Source of the DNA: Raja brachyura
Taxonomy: Eukaryota
DNA length: 64,000 bases
Direction of reading: 5' to 3'
Assembly: GCA_963514005.1 (NCBI GenBank)
Contig: OY740785.1
Coordinates: 38,130,001-38,194,000 of the forward strand
This document shows positions 47,704-61,171 of this stretch, one piece after another. The position numbers were made by a program, and so were the translations under genes. The stretch's first letter is position 1. Each line of letters begins with the position of its first letter. The notes beneath the pieces were generated by a model. That model saw only the letters and a list, made by a program, of their open reading frames with translations, was not told the origin of the DNA and did no database searches.

Positions 47704-50700
47704 AGATAAACAATTGGCAATAATGGGGTTGGAGAGACAGCCTCGATAGCGAAATTGCCCCAATTAACTGATAGATAACATTCATTCAATGATATATCCT
47801 AGTAATTTATTGCTCTAACTTGTACTTACTGTTTGTAGATATGAGAGCTATGTTGCCCCAAGTACATTGTATTATTTGTAATGGAAATAGTGTGGCGTGC
47901 TGAAGACTACATTTGGCTTTTTAAAAACAAATCTTGTTTTTTAAAGTATGGATATAAATATATTATGTTGTTTAATTTCTTGATTTTGGCGTGGTGAAGG
48001 AAAGACTCTGGCGAAAACAATAATGAATTGCTTTATTTTCTACTGGTGAGTAAGATCAGGAGCAACAATAAATAAGTGCAAAGTAATTGATTCCAGAAAA
48101 AAAGTACGTCACAGACTGCACCGTGACGGGCTGGAAATGCAAAAATCTTGGGAAAATCTCGTCCAAATGAAGAGAACATTTACTCTAATTAGATCATAAT
48201 TATCAGAGTCACAAAATAGACGCGGAGGCTTCAACATTACGTGTTGGAAGAAAAGAAAAACACATTATTTTAATAGTTTGATATGCAAACTATGGAACAT
48301 TCAATTACATGGCTTAATAATGCATACATGATGCGATCTAGTTATTTGTATGGGGAGGGTTGCAATAATTCATTCTGAGGCCCACCGTGTTCACACATAA
48401 AATAAAATCTATTGGTATGGATCATGATTTCCTGCCAAACTACATTTAAGAGAATACAAATCAATGAAAGATAATTTGGGCGTAAAATTAACGGTAATTA
48501 TTTGACCTGCTCGCTGTAAAGATTAAATTTCTTACGCCCTAATTAGATAACATTTCCAGATGCATCGACCAATTTATCATTCAATTTGCATATTTCTATT
48601 CCGACTTTGTAGAACTAGTTAAATGTCTTTTTTTTAAACGGGTGCTTGGCAAGTGAAAAAAAAAACTAGTTGGCAGGACTCGCGGTCACGTACAGCGCAG
48701 AGACAGGCACGTGCAGACAAACACCGTGACCAGCGGAACAGAGACAAGTCGGCAGAGGCGCAAGGTCCTGTACTTCCGCGCCAGACACCGGCCATATGGG
48801 TTCAAAGTTGTTTGTATTGTCCCTATTACCGATACAAACCAGTTTTAAACTTCAGAGCGACGTATCCACACATTCAAACTGCTCTTTTTTTTCTTCCTTT
48901 TTTGTCATTGGCAATTCGATTGAAACTGTTCTCTGCCGACCATCCGGAATAGTTTCCTATGAATCTTAAATGTAATCACGTCCCCAGATATAAATAGCGT
49001 TTCTTCCTCCAATTTAATACTTTTTTTTTGTTTAAATGGGGGTACTGTCCAGAATGAATCAATCGACTATTTTGAAGCCCTACAAGAATATTCGGGGCAA
49101 GAAATATTATTTAATGCGAAATTAGCGTGTTAATGGCAGTAATAAACTGATAGAGACCAGCGCAGGATAACAGTAAGCTAGTTTTGGAGCGCTTTCAATC
49201 GAGCCTTTTTAAAGATAAGATAGTGCACGATTTAAAGTAGTTGTTATGAAAGTATTGTTGATAATGGGACACAGTGAAGTGTTCGAGACTCAACTAGAAA
49301 TACCTTGATCACAGCAAAAACATTGAGTTGAGTTCAGGGCCTCAAATGAACTCTACAGCATTGTTCTTTTTTAATCAAATTATTAAGTACCGGGCATCTA
49401 ATCTGTCGTTTCTAAGTTGACCCCACTTCCCCCGTCATTTCTCGCCGCTGCTTGGATTGATGTTGCTGATGATTGCTTGGACATCTGTGCACTTGGTTGC
49501 ATATAAACTTTTCCAATTATAGAAAAAAACAATACTCAACGATACTATCTAACTGTTATAATAGAGGAATAAAAAAAGCTGATAAATATACAGAGACTGT
49601 GAAAATGGTAAATATTAAGATCTTGTTTATTGCAATTCCCGCCATTGTCTGGTAGAGAAGGGGAATAAAAGCTACCGGGTAAGTTACATTGGAGACATAA
49701 TTTCTCTTTAAAAACTTGGCGAATTAAGTTTTTGCTTAAAAAAAAGACCATTAGATTTATCTCTACCTTATTGTCTGTATTGTACAAGTCTGTGAAATCC
49801 GTTTGAGAGGTACAGCAGTTGAGAACTAAGTTACTTATATCATGTTACCGGCCCTTGACGTATTTAAAAGTGAGATAATTCCGCATCTTTGAAAGTGCGG
49901 CTCGGAGAGACAAACTTTCCGGCGGGCGAGTGCAAGTGCCTGACGTCACGCAGTCAGTCTGAACGCCTTTCTGTCTCAGTACAATTTCATCTCTGTCTCG
50001 CCCACTCTCCCCGACGGCCTCTCTTTTCACCAATTCCCTGCTCTCTCGCCTCCCCCCCTCGCCATGCTAGCTCGCGTGTTCGCCTGTTACCCAGTGTTGC
50101 GGGTCTGTTTCTATTTTTCAAGTTAGAAGTGTCTCAATTTTCTTTATCCATTTCCCACCTTTCTTTTCATTTTCTCTTTGTCTCTCTCATTTCTGAGAAA
50201 GTCTCTCTCTCCCTCCCAACTCTGAATCGTTATCTGCAGTTTATGTTTTGTTTTTACTACACTTCGCGTAAATTTCCTAAACAAAATCCCTGACAATGGT
50301 AGGGACGATTTTCAATCAGTTTTATTTCTGTGCGACGTCCTTTTTTACATTTTCCACTCGCAGTTTTATTTAACCATATTCTCTTTCTGCTTATACATCA
50401 CACAGTGCTCCTCTCTGGTAGTATCACGTTTCTTTATTTTCTCTTTCTCTCTGTCAAGAGCTAACAGCCACCAACACACAGCCCCCCCCCCCCCCCCCCA
50501 CCACCACCAAAACGTCGGTCTTAAGTCATAAAGGACGTGGTTTGCTTATATTAGGTGACGAGGGCGCACATTTGAATGGTATATGTGAATAATTTGTAAA
50601 TAAGTAACTCAAGCTGATTGATAGACGACTGCCTCTACAACCAGTCACGTAACCGCGCGTGTTATTTCCGTGTGTTATATTCAGTACGATATCGTTTAAG

Positions 50701-52714
50701 TTATTGTCATCACGGTCTTTTTAAAATGAACTCCCAGATATGGGCGTGGAAAATTGTTATGTGAGAAAGGCCCTGAAATCAGAACTGACTTTCAAATAAG
50801 AACATGCACTTTAATATCCTTTAGTGCCACACTCCTTCAGATTTTTCAACCTAGTTGAGTATTCCTTCTCGGTATTTGCTCGCACTAGGTATAGAAAGGC
50901 CTAGTGCGAGCAAATGGATTTAGAGTAAATGAGCAAAAAGGTAGGCACGGGCTTAGTGGGCCGAAGGGCCTGTTTCTGTTATGTACAACCTGTACGACTC
51001 AATGACTATGTACCACCTGAAGCGAATTCTATATACGATGTTGGGATGGTGCGGCTCTTTGCGGCACCAAAACAATAAATAACACATTTAATATGTCATT
51101 TACGGTGATTTATTGTCAATTTTACAACCGTCCACGACACCCTTTGAATGCTCAGATCCTCAATCTCACTGCGTGTACAGCGGGAAACATTATTCTGCTC
51201 TGGCTGCAAATCCCAGCCAGGTCCAAAGGGCAGAGCGATTATCAGGGAATAAAAAAAGTTTATTCAGCCATTTTCTTGCTTTTCTATCTTCGTTTATTCT
51301 TATCATTAAACGAACTGAGCGAAAGAGCTGATATATATTTCCAAAAAAATGTGTTTACCAAGCACGCTACCATCATTTGAGATAGCTGACTTTTAATGTG
51401 AAAACTCCGCGAGCTGAAATGAACCCTTTCCCCCCCCGAAATATGTTTGAATTATCTATTTGTAACGAGGTCAGATACTGAAGATGATTACTGCACGAAA
51501 AGAAGAACCAGATAGCAATGGATGTGATTTTCTTTCCATGCTACTCTAATATTGAAGAACAGTTTATATATGATCTCATAGATTTAATGTAACTTAGTTA
51601 AGTTTGCGCAGTATTCATCAGCCTTGGTATAATTGGATTGAGACAGGCTTATCTAATATCACTATTCTGGGATAAGGTATGATATTGTAATCGTATGACC
51701 CCTAACTTGAGCCCCAGTAAATTAGGACACGCGTGTCAGTTTTTTAAATTCTCATGGGGAATCGGAAACCATAAAGGCAGTCAGCTATAGGCTGCGTGTA
51801 TATAACCAGCCAACTTAAATTGATCAAAGATGCACTCGTGCCAATAGCTGCGGGGTGGGTCTAGCTGATTACAATACATTAAAACGATATAAATAAAGCT
51901 TTGTCGTTCCATTTCCCCTCAGCGACTTGGCCTTGGTGTAAAGTGGGACGTTCCTATTTACGCAGCCATAATGAACATCAATAGGTTTATTTCCACCCAG
52001 ATTATTTTATATTTAGAATATATGTATATACATCACGCGTGTCAGTTTGTGTGTGTACGTGTGTGTGTGTGAGGGAGAGACAGTCGCCATTAATATAACA
52101 TTAGCCAATCCTACCCTCCTACACTCAGAGACTTGGGTTCCGAATTTATTTGGTAATTATCCTTCAAGTGTCACTTTTTATTTTATTATATACACAATGA
52201 GAAGGCCTCAGTGGGTATTGCTAACGTTAACCTGATTGTTTCATTTTTAAGCTCAAATAAAAGAGAATATCTTTTATTGCTTCAAGTGGGTCCTCTAAAG
52301 TTATTCTGGCTTTGAGAATAAATGCCAATTGTATAGAAATAAGGCATAAGTAATAGTATATATATTGACATTATGTAATACTGCAGGTTGAAAGATTTCC
52401 TCCGAGAATTATGATTGGATTTTTATATGATATATACATATTACATCCTTTTATATAATGCAAATGAAAATCTGTCGTTTTGAATTCAGGGCCAACGTTA
52501 GCAATGTATTTAGATAAAATCATAAAAGACAAAGAGCTGCGAGTCAAACAAATATCTAAACTAATGTGAAGGGCTTCATATTGGAGCACACCTAACATCG
52601 TCTTCTTCAGTTTATTTCTGCGCTGTTTGTAGTTCTGACCAGTTGGAAGAAACGTTTATAACAGTGTGCCTACCAACCAGTCCGGGACCCGTGCAAAGGG
52701 ATACAATACCTTGG

Positions 52715-52925
52715 AGACACAGAATACTGCAGATGCTGGGACCTTAATCAAAAATAACAAACTGACGGATGAACTAAGGCAGCATCTGTGGAGGGAAATG
52801 GACAGACGACGTTTCGAGTCGGACCCCTCTTAGTCTGAAGAATGGTCCCGACCCGAAATGTCGCCTATCCATTACCCTTTACAGATGCTGCCTGACCTGC
52901 TGAGTTTCGCTCGCAGTCTGTTTTT
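52715..52925. repeat. Fold-back PLE terminal repeats
   Basis: Family motifs inverted around ~52832. Confidence 0.7.
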
Positions 52926-53756
52926 CATTTGGACACATTAACATGCTCCGCAACAAAAGAAAATCACTTCCACGTTGCACGTTTGAATGCTGCAACACCT
53001 GTCAGTATTTTCAAAAAATAACTCCTGCTTTTAGCTTTAAAAAAATGCAAAACGAGCAGGCCAGTGGAATAAAGTCAAATGCCTTGATTTGACCAGCCAG
53101 AAGTAAGATTTGAGGCAAGTCGCAAAAATATTAACTCATAAATTTGCAAGATACGAGGGAGAATGTGGAGCAAAATGTGCATTTTTACATCTTAAGGAAA
53201 ATTGTCTGATCTGATTCGTAAGAAAGGCGTACTTTGTGGATCTATAAACTTTCCCAGTTCTGTGCACTGACAGCTCGCCTGTGAAAAAGCTGCGTGCGAT
53301 TTTTGTTGCAGGTTCCTGTATTAACTCTTTCCAGACCAGTGGATATTAGCAACATTTTCTACAGTTTTCATCACAGCAAATCGAAGAGCTGGATTTAGGG
53401 GACTTTGTACCAATTTCTAATGATTGGTCCGTGAGGTAGAGTCGAGGCGGGATACTGACACACAGAACCAGCTGAAAGATTTGCTTTGTATTTGCTTGAC
53501 ATAGCTTTAGACCATTTCTTTACAATTAATCTGCACAAGCAGCGCGTTAACATAAAACGTCGGCCGGCACCGGTATTGCCTCAATATTCACGCGTTGTTT
53601 TCCTATATGCATCATCAAGCTACATTAAATAAAACACAGGGTGTTTGGCTGGAATTACGACCACGTGAATTCAAACTTCTTTCTAATTTAAAAAAGTTTG
53701 GAAATTGCGACTAAAATTAATTAATCGGTGCAAAACAATTTATTGTAATTTCTGGA

Positions 53757-53960
53757 TAGGAGGGAACTGCATATGCTAGTTTTAATCCTGGACAGACACA
53801 AAATGTTGGAGTAACTCAGCGGGACAGGCAGCATCTCTGGAACAAAGGAATGGGTGGCGTTCGGGTCTGAAGAAGGGTCTCGACCCGAAACCTCACCCAT
53901 TCCTTCGCTCCAGAGATGCTGCCTGTCCTGTTGACTTTCTCCAGCATTTTGTGTCTGTCT
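53757..53960. repeat. Fold-back PLE terminal repeats
   Basis: GACAGACACAAAATGTTGGAG... pairs with ...CTCCAGCATTTTGTGTCTGTC; hammerhead core at 53863-53898. Confidence 0.82.
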
Positions 53961-55137
53961 CATTTTAGTATCTGCTCTCCGGGTAAATCCATTCATAGTA
54001 CATGCAGTTGATAAAAATGAAAATAAAACTAAGGGTTAAAGCAGAGTGTCGTTCATGTAATTATATTCAGTGAATACTGAAGAATATTGCACGTGATAAT
54101 GTGCAGTTTAATAAATGTACTGGTAAAGGATATTTCTTCAAAATATGATTCCAAGCTTTTCTTTTGTTTTAGATCCGGAGGCTCCCGTGGAAACAGCATT
54201 TGTAATGCTTTTGCATTATTTGTGGTGGCATTTGTGGGGATATAATTTAGTCGCGAAAAGTGAACTATGTTTGTTATAAAAAATTACGTGTTTTTTTTAC
54301 CATCTGTGAAATTCAATTATGACATTTCATTTCAAACATCTTCTTGTTCTAAATTTGGCCGTGCGAATAATTTCGTAATAAATGACAGATATACCATCGT
54401 TACTACAGCCGCCACTGTGCGTGAGACCCTACATTTTCTCCTGGTGCTATTTGCGGCCCGTGCATGAGATAAAGGTAGTTTTCCCTCTTGTTCTCCATGT
54501 GATAATTATTGCCCAAATCCCAGTGAGTTGTGGGTTGTGTTGCTCTCTCTGACAGGCAGATCCTCTCCCTGGGGATGCGCACATGGCGAGCACTGAGCTC
54601 CATAGAATTCCATTAATCACAGTCTCGCTTCTCCAAAGCTCCCAAATGCACAGATAATTATAAATCCAGGGGAAATTGGATTGACAAACTCTACAAAACC
54701 TGATTAATCTGTGTTTCGGGACTGAAGAGTAAACAGAAATTCCCTCGGATTATAGAAGACTCACTGAAAAAGACAGAATTTCCCTCCAACTTTTAATCTA
54801 CAGAGGAATTGTGTTTCGATGTATATTCATGCTATATTTTGTAACGTGGAGATCCCCCTCCCACCACCCTACATAAAGAAACCACTTCGTAAAGATCGTG
54901 GAATTGAACTGGAGGGTGGAAGAGGGGACAGACCCGTTGGGAGAATATATCGTGAATTCCGAATAACATCCCACATAACCGAAGTCTCACAAATATCAAT
55001 CATTAAATATTAAACGTGACAAAACGTATTAAATGAGCTCGTGTAGACATAAGCAGCTGAATAACTATGTTTGAACTCAGCAGAAGGACACTGTCGATTA
55101 TCGAAACGCGGTGACATCTCTAACCTTTAAATATCTG

Positions 55138-55262
55138 TGGTACGCAAAATGCTGGAGAAACTAAGCGGGTGCAGCAGCATCTATGGAGCGAAGGAGATAG
55201 GCGACATTTCGGGCCGAAACCCTTCTTTAGATTGATCTGCATCTGCAGTTCCTTCTTTAACA
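55138..55262. mobile_element. PLE-terminus element with inverted structure, 13-bp TSD
   Basis: Minus-strand arm at 55139-55232 plus a plus-strand tail GCATCTGCAGTTCCTTC; TSD CTTTAAATATCTG (55125-37 and 55263-75). Confidence 0.8.
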
Positions 55263-55631
55263 CTTTAAATATCTGCGCTTCGTTTCACTGCTCATTTTTG
55301 AATGTAAAGGAGGAGATATAACCACCACCACCACCCACAAAAAAAAGTGTAAAATATAGCACGCATAGTGGCGATGGGCCAAATGGCCTTCTTCGGTGCC
55401 TTCCATTGCTGTGATTCCAACTTTCTCCAGGCGCGCTTCGGTGGTAGCCTTGGAGTTCCAGGCGTTTGTTCAAAACAATTGTCATCATTTATGCCTCGTC
55501 GTAAAGCAACTTAATTTACTGACTGTGATCTAAGTTAGTGAACACTTGGCAGACTTGAAACATGCACTGCTGTTAAATAATCTAAAGATTGAAGTGCAAG
55601 GTGCACCCTATAAATCACTTTGTAGCGTTGG

Positions 55632-55780
55632 TCTAGTGGAATCAAGGGATATGGGGAGAAGGCAGGCACGGGCTATTGATTGGGGACGAGCAGCCATGAT
55701 CACAATGGATGGCGGTGCTGGCTCGAAGGGCCGAATGGCCTCCTCCTGCACCTGTTTTCTATGATCCTATGTTTCTATGT
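55632..55780 (+). mobile_element. CR1 3' end
   Basis: AATCAAGGGATATGGGGAGAAGGCAGG...CTCCTGCACCTGTTTTCTATG with a TTCTATG-repeat tail. Confidence 0.72.
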
Positions 55781-58587
55781 CACTGTCCCGCTGCTGGTGG
55801 AACTTTATGACTCACGCTCTATATTCGCCAATTTTCTATCACCAGAAATAGCCCGTGTTCAACGTCTCCCACCTAAATGAATAAAAACAAGGTAAAATAG
55901 ACTGAGTAACATAAAGTACAGCCAATGTACATGTTAACACAGAGGGACATGTATAACAACAGTACAAGTGGAATTTTGTTTCGAATGGAAGACAACTTTT
56001 AACTTTAAACGTTGACTTTACATGCGTTAATGCCTGCTGCAATAAACGTCAGGAAATTGTCATTGTCCTGCTGTCGGTGCATGTGACAATTAAACACTCT
56101 TGACTCTTGCCAGAGGACAATTAGTAATGTTCATTATTCTAGGTACAAATCGCTGTTGTTGGTCTGGAGCAATAAAGTCGGCAGAGTTCATTTGGCTGGG
56201 CCAAGTTCACTGATGCAAACGAGCATGCGTCATTGTAGATTCCGTACAATGATATGCGATTTCACAATATATATATATATATATATTTAGGTTGCATCCC
56301 TTTTTATGAGTGGGGATGTATTGAAGCTTGCCACAGTATTCTCATTCTCGTCGGCTTGTTCCAGTGGCCGTGGGCCCAGAGTGAAAGCAGCGTTCTTGCC
56401 CCAGTTATCTCCGCAGCAAAGTGAGAACATCCGACCAGAGCCGGTGCTACAAATACAGTCACATAATTACCGTCTCTCGAAACACAGCTCCTTCCGTCAT
56501 TCAGCGGCGATGCTTATCTTAAGCTTGAAGCATCGCCAATGCGGCTACCCTGCCTCTTAAGCCATTCAGACAGGATCTAGCGACCTTTGGAGAGAAACAT
56601 GAAACCCAGAGTGTGAACACTCATTGAGATATTATAATGCAATTAGCTTGCATAAAAAAAGGCTTGTTAAGTTAACCTCACCCCTTTGATTTGTGAGCGG
56701 TTGAACAACAACAGTGGCGATCTTACTTGGAGACTGAGGATTGCAGCTTCCACTTTATTTGGGCTATTTCGGGAATTGTTTTATAAACGCGACTAAAAAC
56801 CTATTGCTTTTGGTGGACTTGGAAATGTCCCCTTTCACTAAGCATGGGGATTCCACAATATGCGGCCTCCGTTTAGTATTGTAATGCATTCTTATTAACT
56901 CCGCAGAACTCCCCCCCCCCCCCCCCCACCCCCCACACACACACACACGCACACAGCACTCAATTCGCTGTTCCAACTAGTAACTAGTTTGTGCCCCCCC
57001 CCCCCCCCCCCCCTCGCTTCAACTTGTCCCTCCCATGCAGCTTCCATCAATGTTTTCCTTGCGGACCCTCCCAACCCAATAAAACTTCCAGAAGTTCGGA
57101 AACACGATCATCTGTTTTTGGGTTGCTGTATTCATAACACAAAAACTGCAGCGAATCAAAAAAAGTTATCCATGCTCCAATCTCAAATATGGCGTCGGCG
57201 AAAAGTAATTTGATTCCATTATAATCAAAATAAAGCCAAAGCAAACCACTGCGAAAAGAAGTGGTGGTGGTGATCTTCATCACAGAAACAACATCTCCGA
57301 AAAAGAGTCCAAGTGGAAGACAGGACAAATAGCGACACAAGGTAGGCCACACATGGTTTCATGAAGAATATCCCACTCAGAATTTAAGAAAAAAGGAATA
57401 TCAGAATTGCTTCTTACAAGGGAATAACTCTTCAATTATCTATGCAAAAGAGAAACGTCTTCATATCCCATAACTCAACAGTATAAGCACCAAGACATTC
57501 AGATGAGAACGGAGGGGTCAATTAGGGCGACGGGGCTATTCGGGAAGGAGAATCCGAGTGCACGTTTGCTGGTTAGCTCAGTGTGTTTAACGGTTCTGGC
57601 AATGCTTCGGGTGTTAAGAGCCACCCAACTTGTATGTACTTGACTATCAGCCGTTGGTGTACAAAGCCTCTTTTCTTCGGCCCTTGGGAGCGATCCAGGA
57701 GAGTGTCGATCCCTTTGACCCCGGAGCCATCATTAAGGAGAATTTTCATCTCACATCCTCACTTCCAGATGAACTTCAGCTATTGCTAAGCTCACCGACC
57801 CGAAATGTCTAACGGACTACAGAAGGTTGGAAAAATTAAAAATAAACATTCTTCCCCATTTCCCTCACAGAACTTACTGTGTTTCAAGTAATTAAGGGAT
57901 CTTACGGTGGAATCTATGAGCATGAATCATATCCAAGGGGCAAAAAAGCCCCATAATACATGGTATGCTGGCATCCTCAATGAAAAAGATCATAGTCATT
58001 TTAAAATTGCAGTGTGATTTTGATTTGTTTTCTTCATAGTAATCTCACCAAAACAAGAACATGTCTCTCACAATACAAAATAAACTATTATGCAGTTATA
58101 TTTTTGAATTTTTAATTTAATTTAATTAAATTTTTGAACTTAAATACTATTTTGAGCATTCTTTGTATCTTTAATTCTTAGCAAATTGTGTCGTACTGGA
58201 GCCCGTGAGGCATCTGAAGATTGTAAACAACAGACAATGGGATGGGAGAGAATGTGGGCCAGACACCTTCACTTGGTTGACGTTTGTGAATATTACAGGT
58301 GTACATACATGCCTCGCATGCCTCGTCAACTCCTGTACAGGTTCAAAGGAGCCCGGGGCGTCCAAATAAAGGAGTATTGGCGAACAGTCTATATTCCTTT
58401 TGGGTAGCTTTTGCACTAACAGTATGTAAATTGAATTCCCCAATTTTAAATAATTAACCAATGAACACACCCATCCCCCCCTTATCCTTGTCTCTGTTCC
58501 CTGTGGCCCACCTGGATGCACATCCATTTTTCCCACAAACTCGCCCCCAGCCCCCATTCCCTTTCCTCCCATCCCTTTCCACATTAA

Positions 58588-60201
58588 CAGTGGCTTGCAA
58601 AAGTATTCATACCCCTTGAACTTTTCCACATTTTGTCACGTTACAACCACAAACCTAAATGTATTTTATTGGGATTTTATGTGATAGACCAACACAAAGT
58701 GGTGCATAATTGTGAAGTGGGAGGAAAATGATACATGGTTTTCAAATGTTATTACAAATAAAAAATTGAAAAGTGTGGCGTGCAAAAGTATTCAGCCCCC
58801 CTGAATCAATACTTTGTAGAACCACCTTTCGCTGCAATTACAGCTGCAAGTCTTTTGGGGTATGTCTCTACCAGCTTTGCACATCTAGAGACTGAAATTT
58901 TTGCCCATTCTTCTTTGTAAAATAGCTCAAGCTCAGTCAGATTGGATGGAGAGCGTCTGTGAACAGCAATTTTCAAGTCTTGCCAGAGATTCTTAATTGG
59001 ATTTAGGTCTGGACTTTCACTGGGCCATTCTAACACATGAATATGCTTTGATCTAAACCATTCCATTGTAGCTCTGGCTGTATGTTTAGGGCCTTTGTCC
59101 TGCTGGAAGGTGAACCTCCGCCCCAGTCTCAAATCTTTTGCAGACTCTAACAGGTTTCTTCCAAGATTGCCCTGTATTTGGCTCCAATCATCTTCCCATC
59201 AACTCTGACCAGCTTCTCTCTCCCTGCTGAAGAAAAGCATCCCCACAGCATGATGCTGCCACCACCATGTTTCAGTGGGGATGGTGTGTTCAGGGTGATG
59301 TGCAGTGTTAGTTTTCCGCCACACATAGCGTTTTGCATTTAGGCCAAAAACTTCAATTTTGGTCTCATCAGACCAGAGCACCTTCCTCCACATGTTTTCT
59401 GTGTCCCCCACATGGCTTGTGGCAAACTGCAAACGGGACTTCTTATGGCTTTGTTTCAACAATGGCTTTCTTCTTGCCACTCTTCCATAAAGGTCCGATT
59501 TGTGGAGTGCACGACTAATAGTTGTCCTGTGGACAGATTCTCCCACCTGAGCTGTGGATCTCTGCAGCTCCTCCAGAGTTACCATGGGCCTCTTGGCTGC
59601 TTCTCTGATCAATGCTCTCCTTGCCCAGCCTGTCAGTTTAGGTGGATGGCCATGTCTTGGTAGGTTTGCAGTTGTGCCATACTATTTCCATTTTCGGATG
59701 ATGGATTGAACAGTGCTCCGTGAGATGTTCAAAGCTTGGGATATTTTTTTATAACCTAACCCTGCTTTAAACTTTTCCACAACTTTATCCCTGACTTGTC
59801 TGGTGTGTTCCTTAGGCTTCATGATGATGTTTGTTCACTAATGTTCTCTAACAAACCTCTGAGGCCTTCACAGAACAGCTGTATTTATACTGAGATTAGA
59901 TTACACACAAGTGGACTCTATTTACTAATTAGGTGACTTCTGAAGGCAATTGGTTGCACTGGATTTTATTTAGGGGTATCAGAGTAAAGGGGGCTGAATA
60001 CTTTTGCACGCCACACTTTTCAGTTTTTTATTTGTAAAAACATTTGAAAACCATGTATCATTTTCCTTCCACTTCACAATTATGCGCCACTTTGTGTTGG
60101 TCTATCACATAAAATCCCAATAAAATACATTTAGGTTTGTGGTTGTAACGTGACAAAATGTGGAAAAGTTCAAGGGGTATGAATACTTTTGCAAGCCACT
60201 G
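58588..60201 (-). mobile_element. Tc1/mariner DNA transposon, Passport-like IR/DR type, 1614 bp
   Basis: 213-bp TIRs (58588-58800 and 59989-60201) starting CAGTGGCTTGCAAAAGTATTCA, each with outer and inner GCAAAAGTATTCA direct repeats. TA follows the right end; the left flank reads TAA. Confidence 0.95.
58806..59822 (-). pseudogene. Inactivated DD34E Tc1 transposase
   Basis: Reads MKPKEHTRQVRDKVVEKFKAG..., WSDETK, HGGGSIMLWGCF, FQQD..PKH, SPDLNPI(K)NLW, KGGSTKY*. Has an in-frame TAG (KWK*YG, ~59683), two frameshifts (~59275, ~59157) and the catalytic E changed to K. Confidence 0.93.
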
Positions 60202-61171
60202 TACTTCCTTCCTCTGACTTCACATTTCATGTCTCTTCTCTTCTTAGCTCATAGCCTTTGTCCAACCATCTGCCAATCAAACCCCATACCCCTCACTTGT
60301 ATCCACCCATCCACCCTGGCTTCGTCCTGCCCTACCTCTCTTCCAGCTTTCTCCCCTCTACTTCAATCATCAGAAGAAGGGTCCTGAACTGAAGCATCAC
60401 CTATTTATGTCCTGTGGAGATGCTGCCTAACCTGCTGAGTTACTCCAGAACTTTATGTCTTTTGAAATATTGATGAAGGTATTCTAAAAGAAGAATGTGG
60501 TTGAGAGGGAAAGATAGATCAGCCATGATAAAATGGTGGAGTAGACTTGATGGGCTGAATCACATAATTCTGCTCTTATAAATTCTGAACTTATGAATCT
60601 ATTAAATTCAAATTCAGACAAGAATGTTGTGCAAGTGCAAATTCACCAATTTGGCTAAGTTCGGGCATGTACTTGGCCACCATGCTGAAGGTGCTGAAAG
60701 AGACAGAGTCAGTTTTTCACATCCTGAACAGAAGGAAATATGGATCAGGTGCAGGCAGAGGAGATTGGTTTAACCTGGCTTCGTGTTCGGCATGGACATT
60801 GTGTGTTGAAGGGCCTTTTTATGTGCTGTACTGTTCTATGCTCTGTGTTCCCAGTCAAACAATGGCATTAAATAAATAAAAGTGTGGGGAAAATGTTGCA
60901 TAATTTAGCATTCTTGGTGCAAAACATCTTGCTTATTATGAAACATAAATACTTATTATGAGTTAAAATGAATAGGCACAAATTGTATAAATTACGGTAT
61001 GTTCACTGAGCTTCCTCATTCCCCACATATGAACTCTGTACAAGAAGCCCTAGTTTAGTTTAGAGATACATCGTGGAGACAGGCCCTTCGGCCCATCGAG
61101 TCCTTGCTGACCACTGATCCCCGCGCATACACACACTGGGGACAACTGGGGAGTAATGGAGTGGCAAAATG

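Larger units (their letters stand above)
58385..60465 (+). mobile_element. Penelope-like 3' fragment split by the Tc1 insertion
   Basis: The ..GGGTAGCTT..AGTATG..ATTGAATTCCCCAATTTTAAATAA endonuclease end and a pyrimidine tract lie left of the Tc1. The pyrimidine tract resumes to its right and ends in the terminal repeat (60365-60465). Confidence 0.65.

Noticed and set aside
26035-47789. ORFs containing long X runs
   Set aside because: Artefacts of N gaps.
58806-59822. Active transposase gene
   Set aside because: In-frame stop, two frameshifts and a mutated catalytic glutamate.
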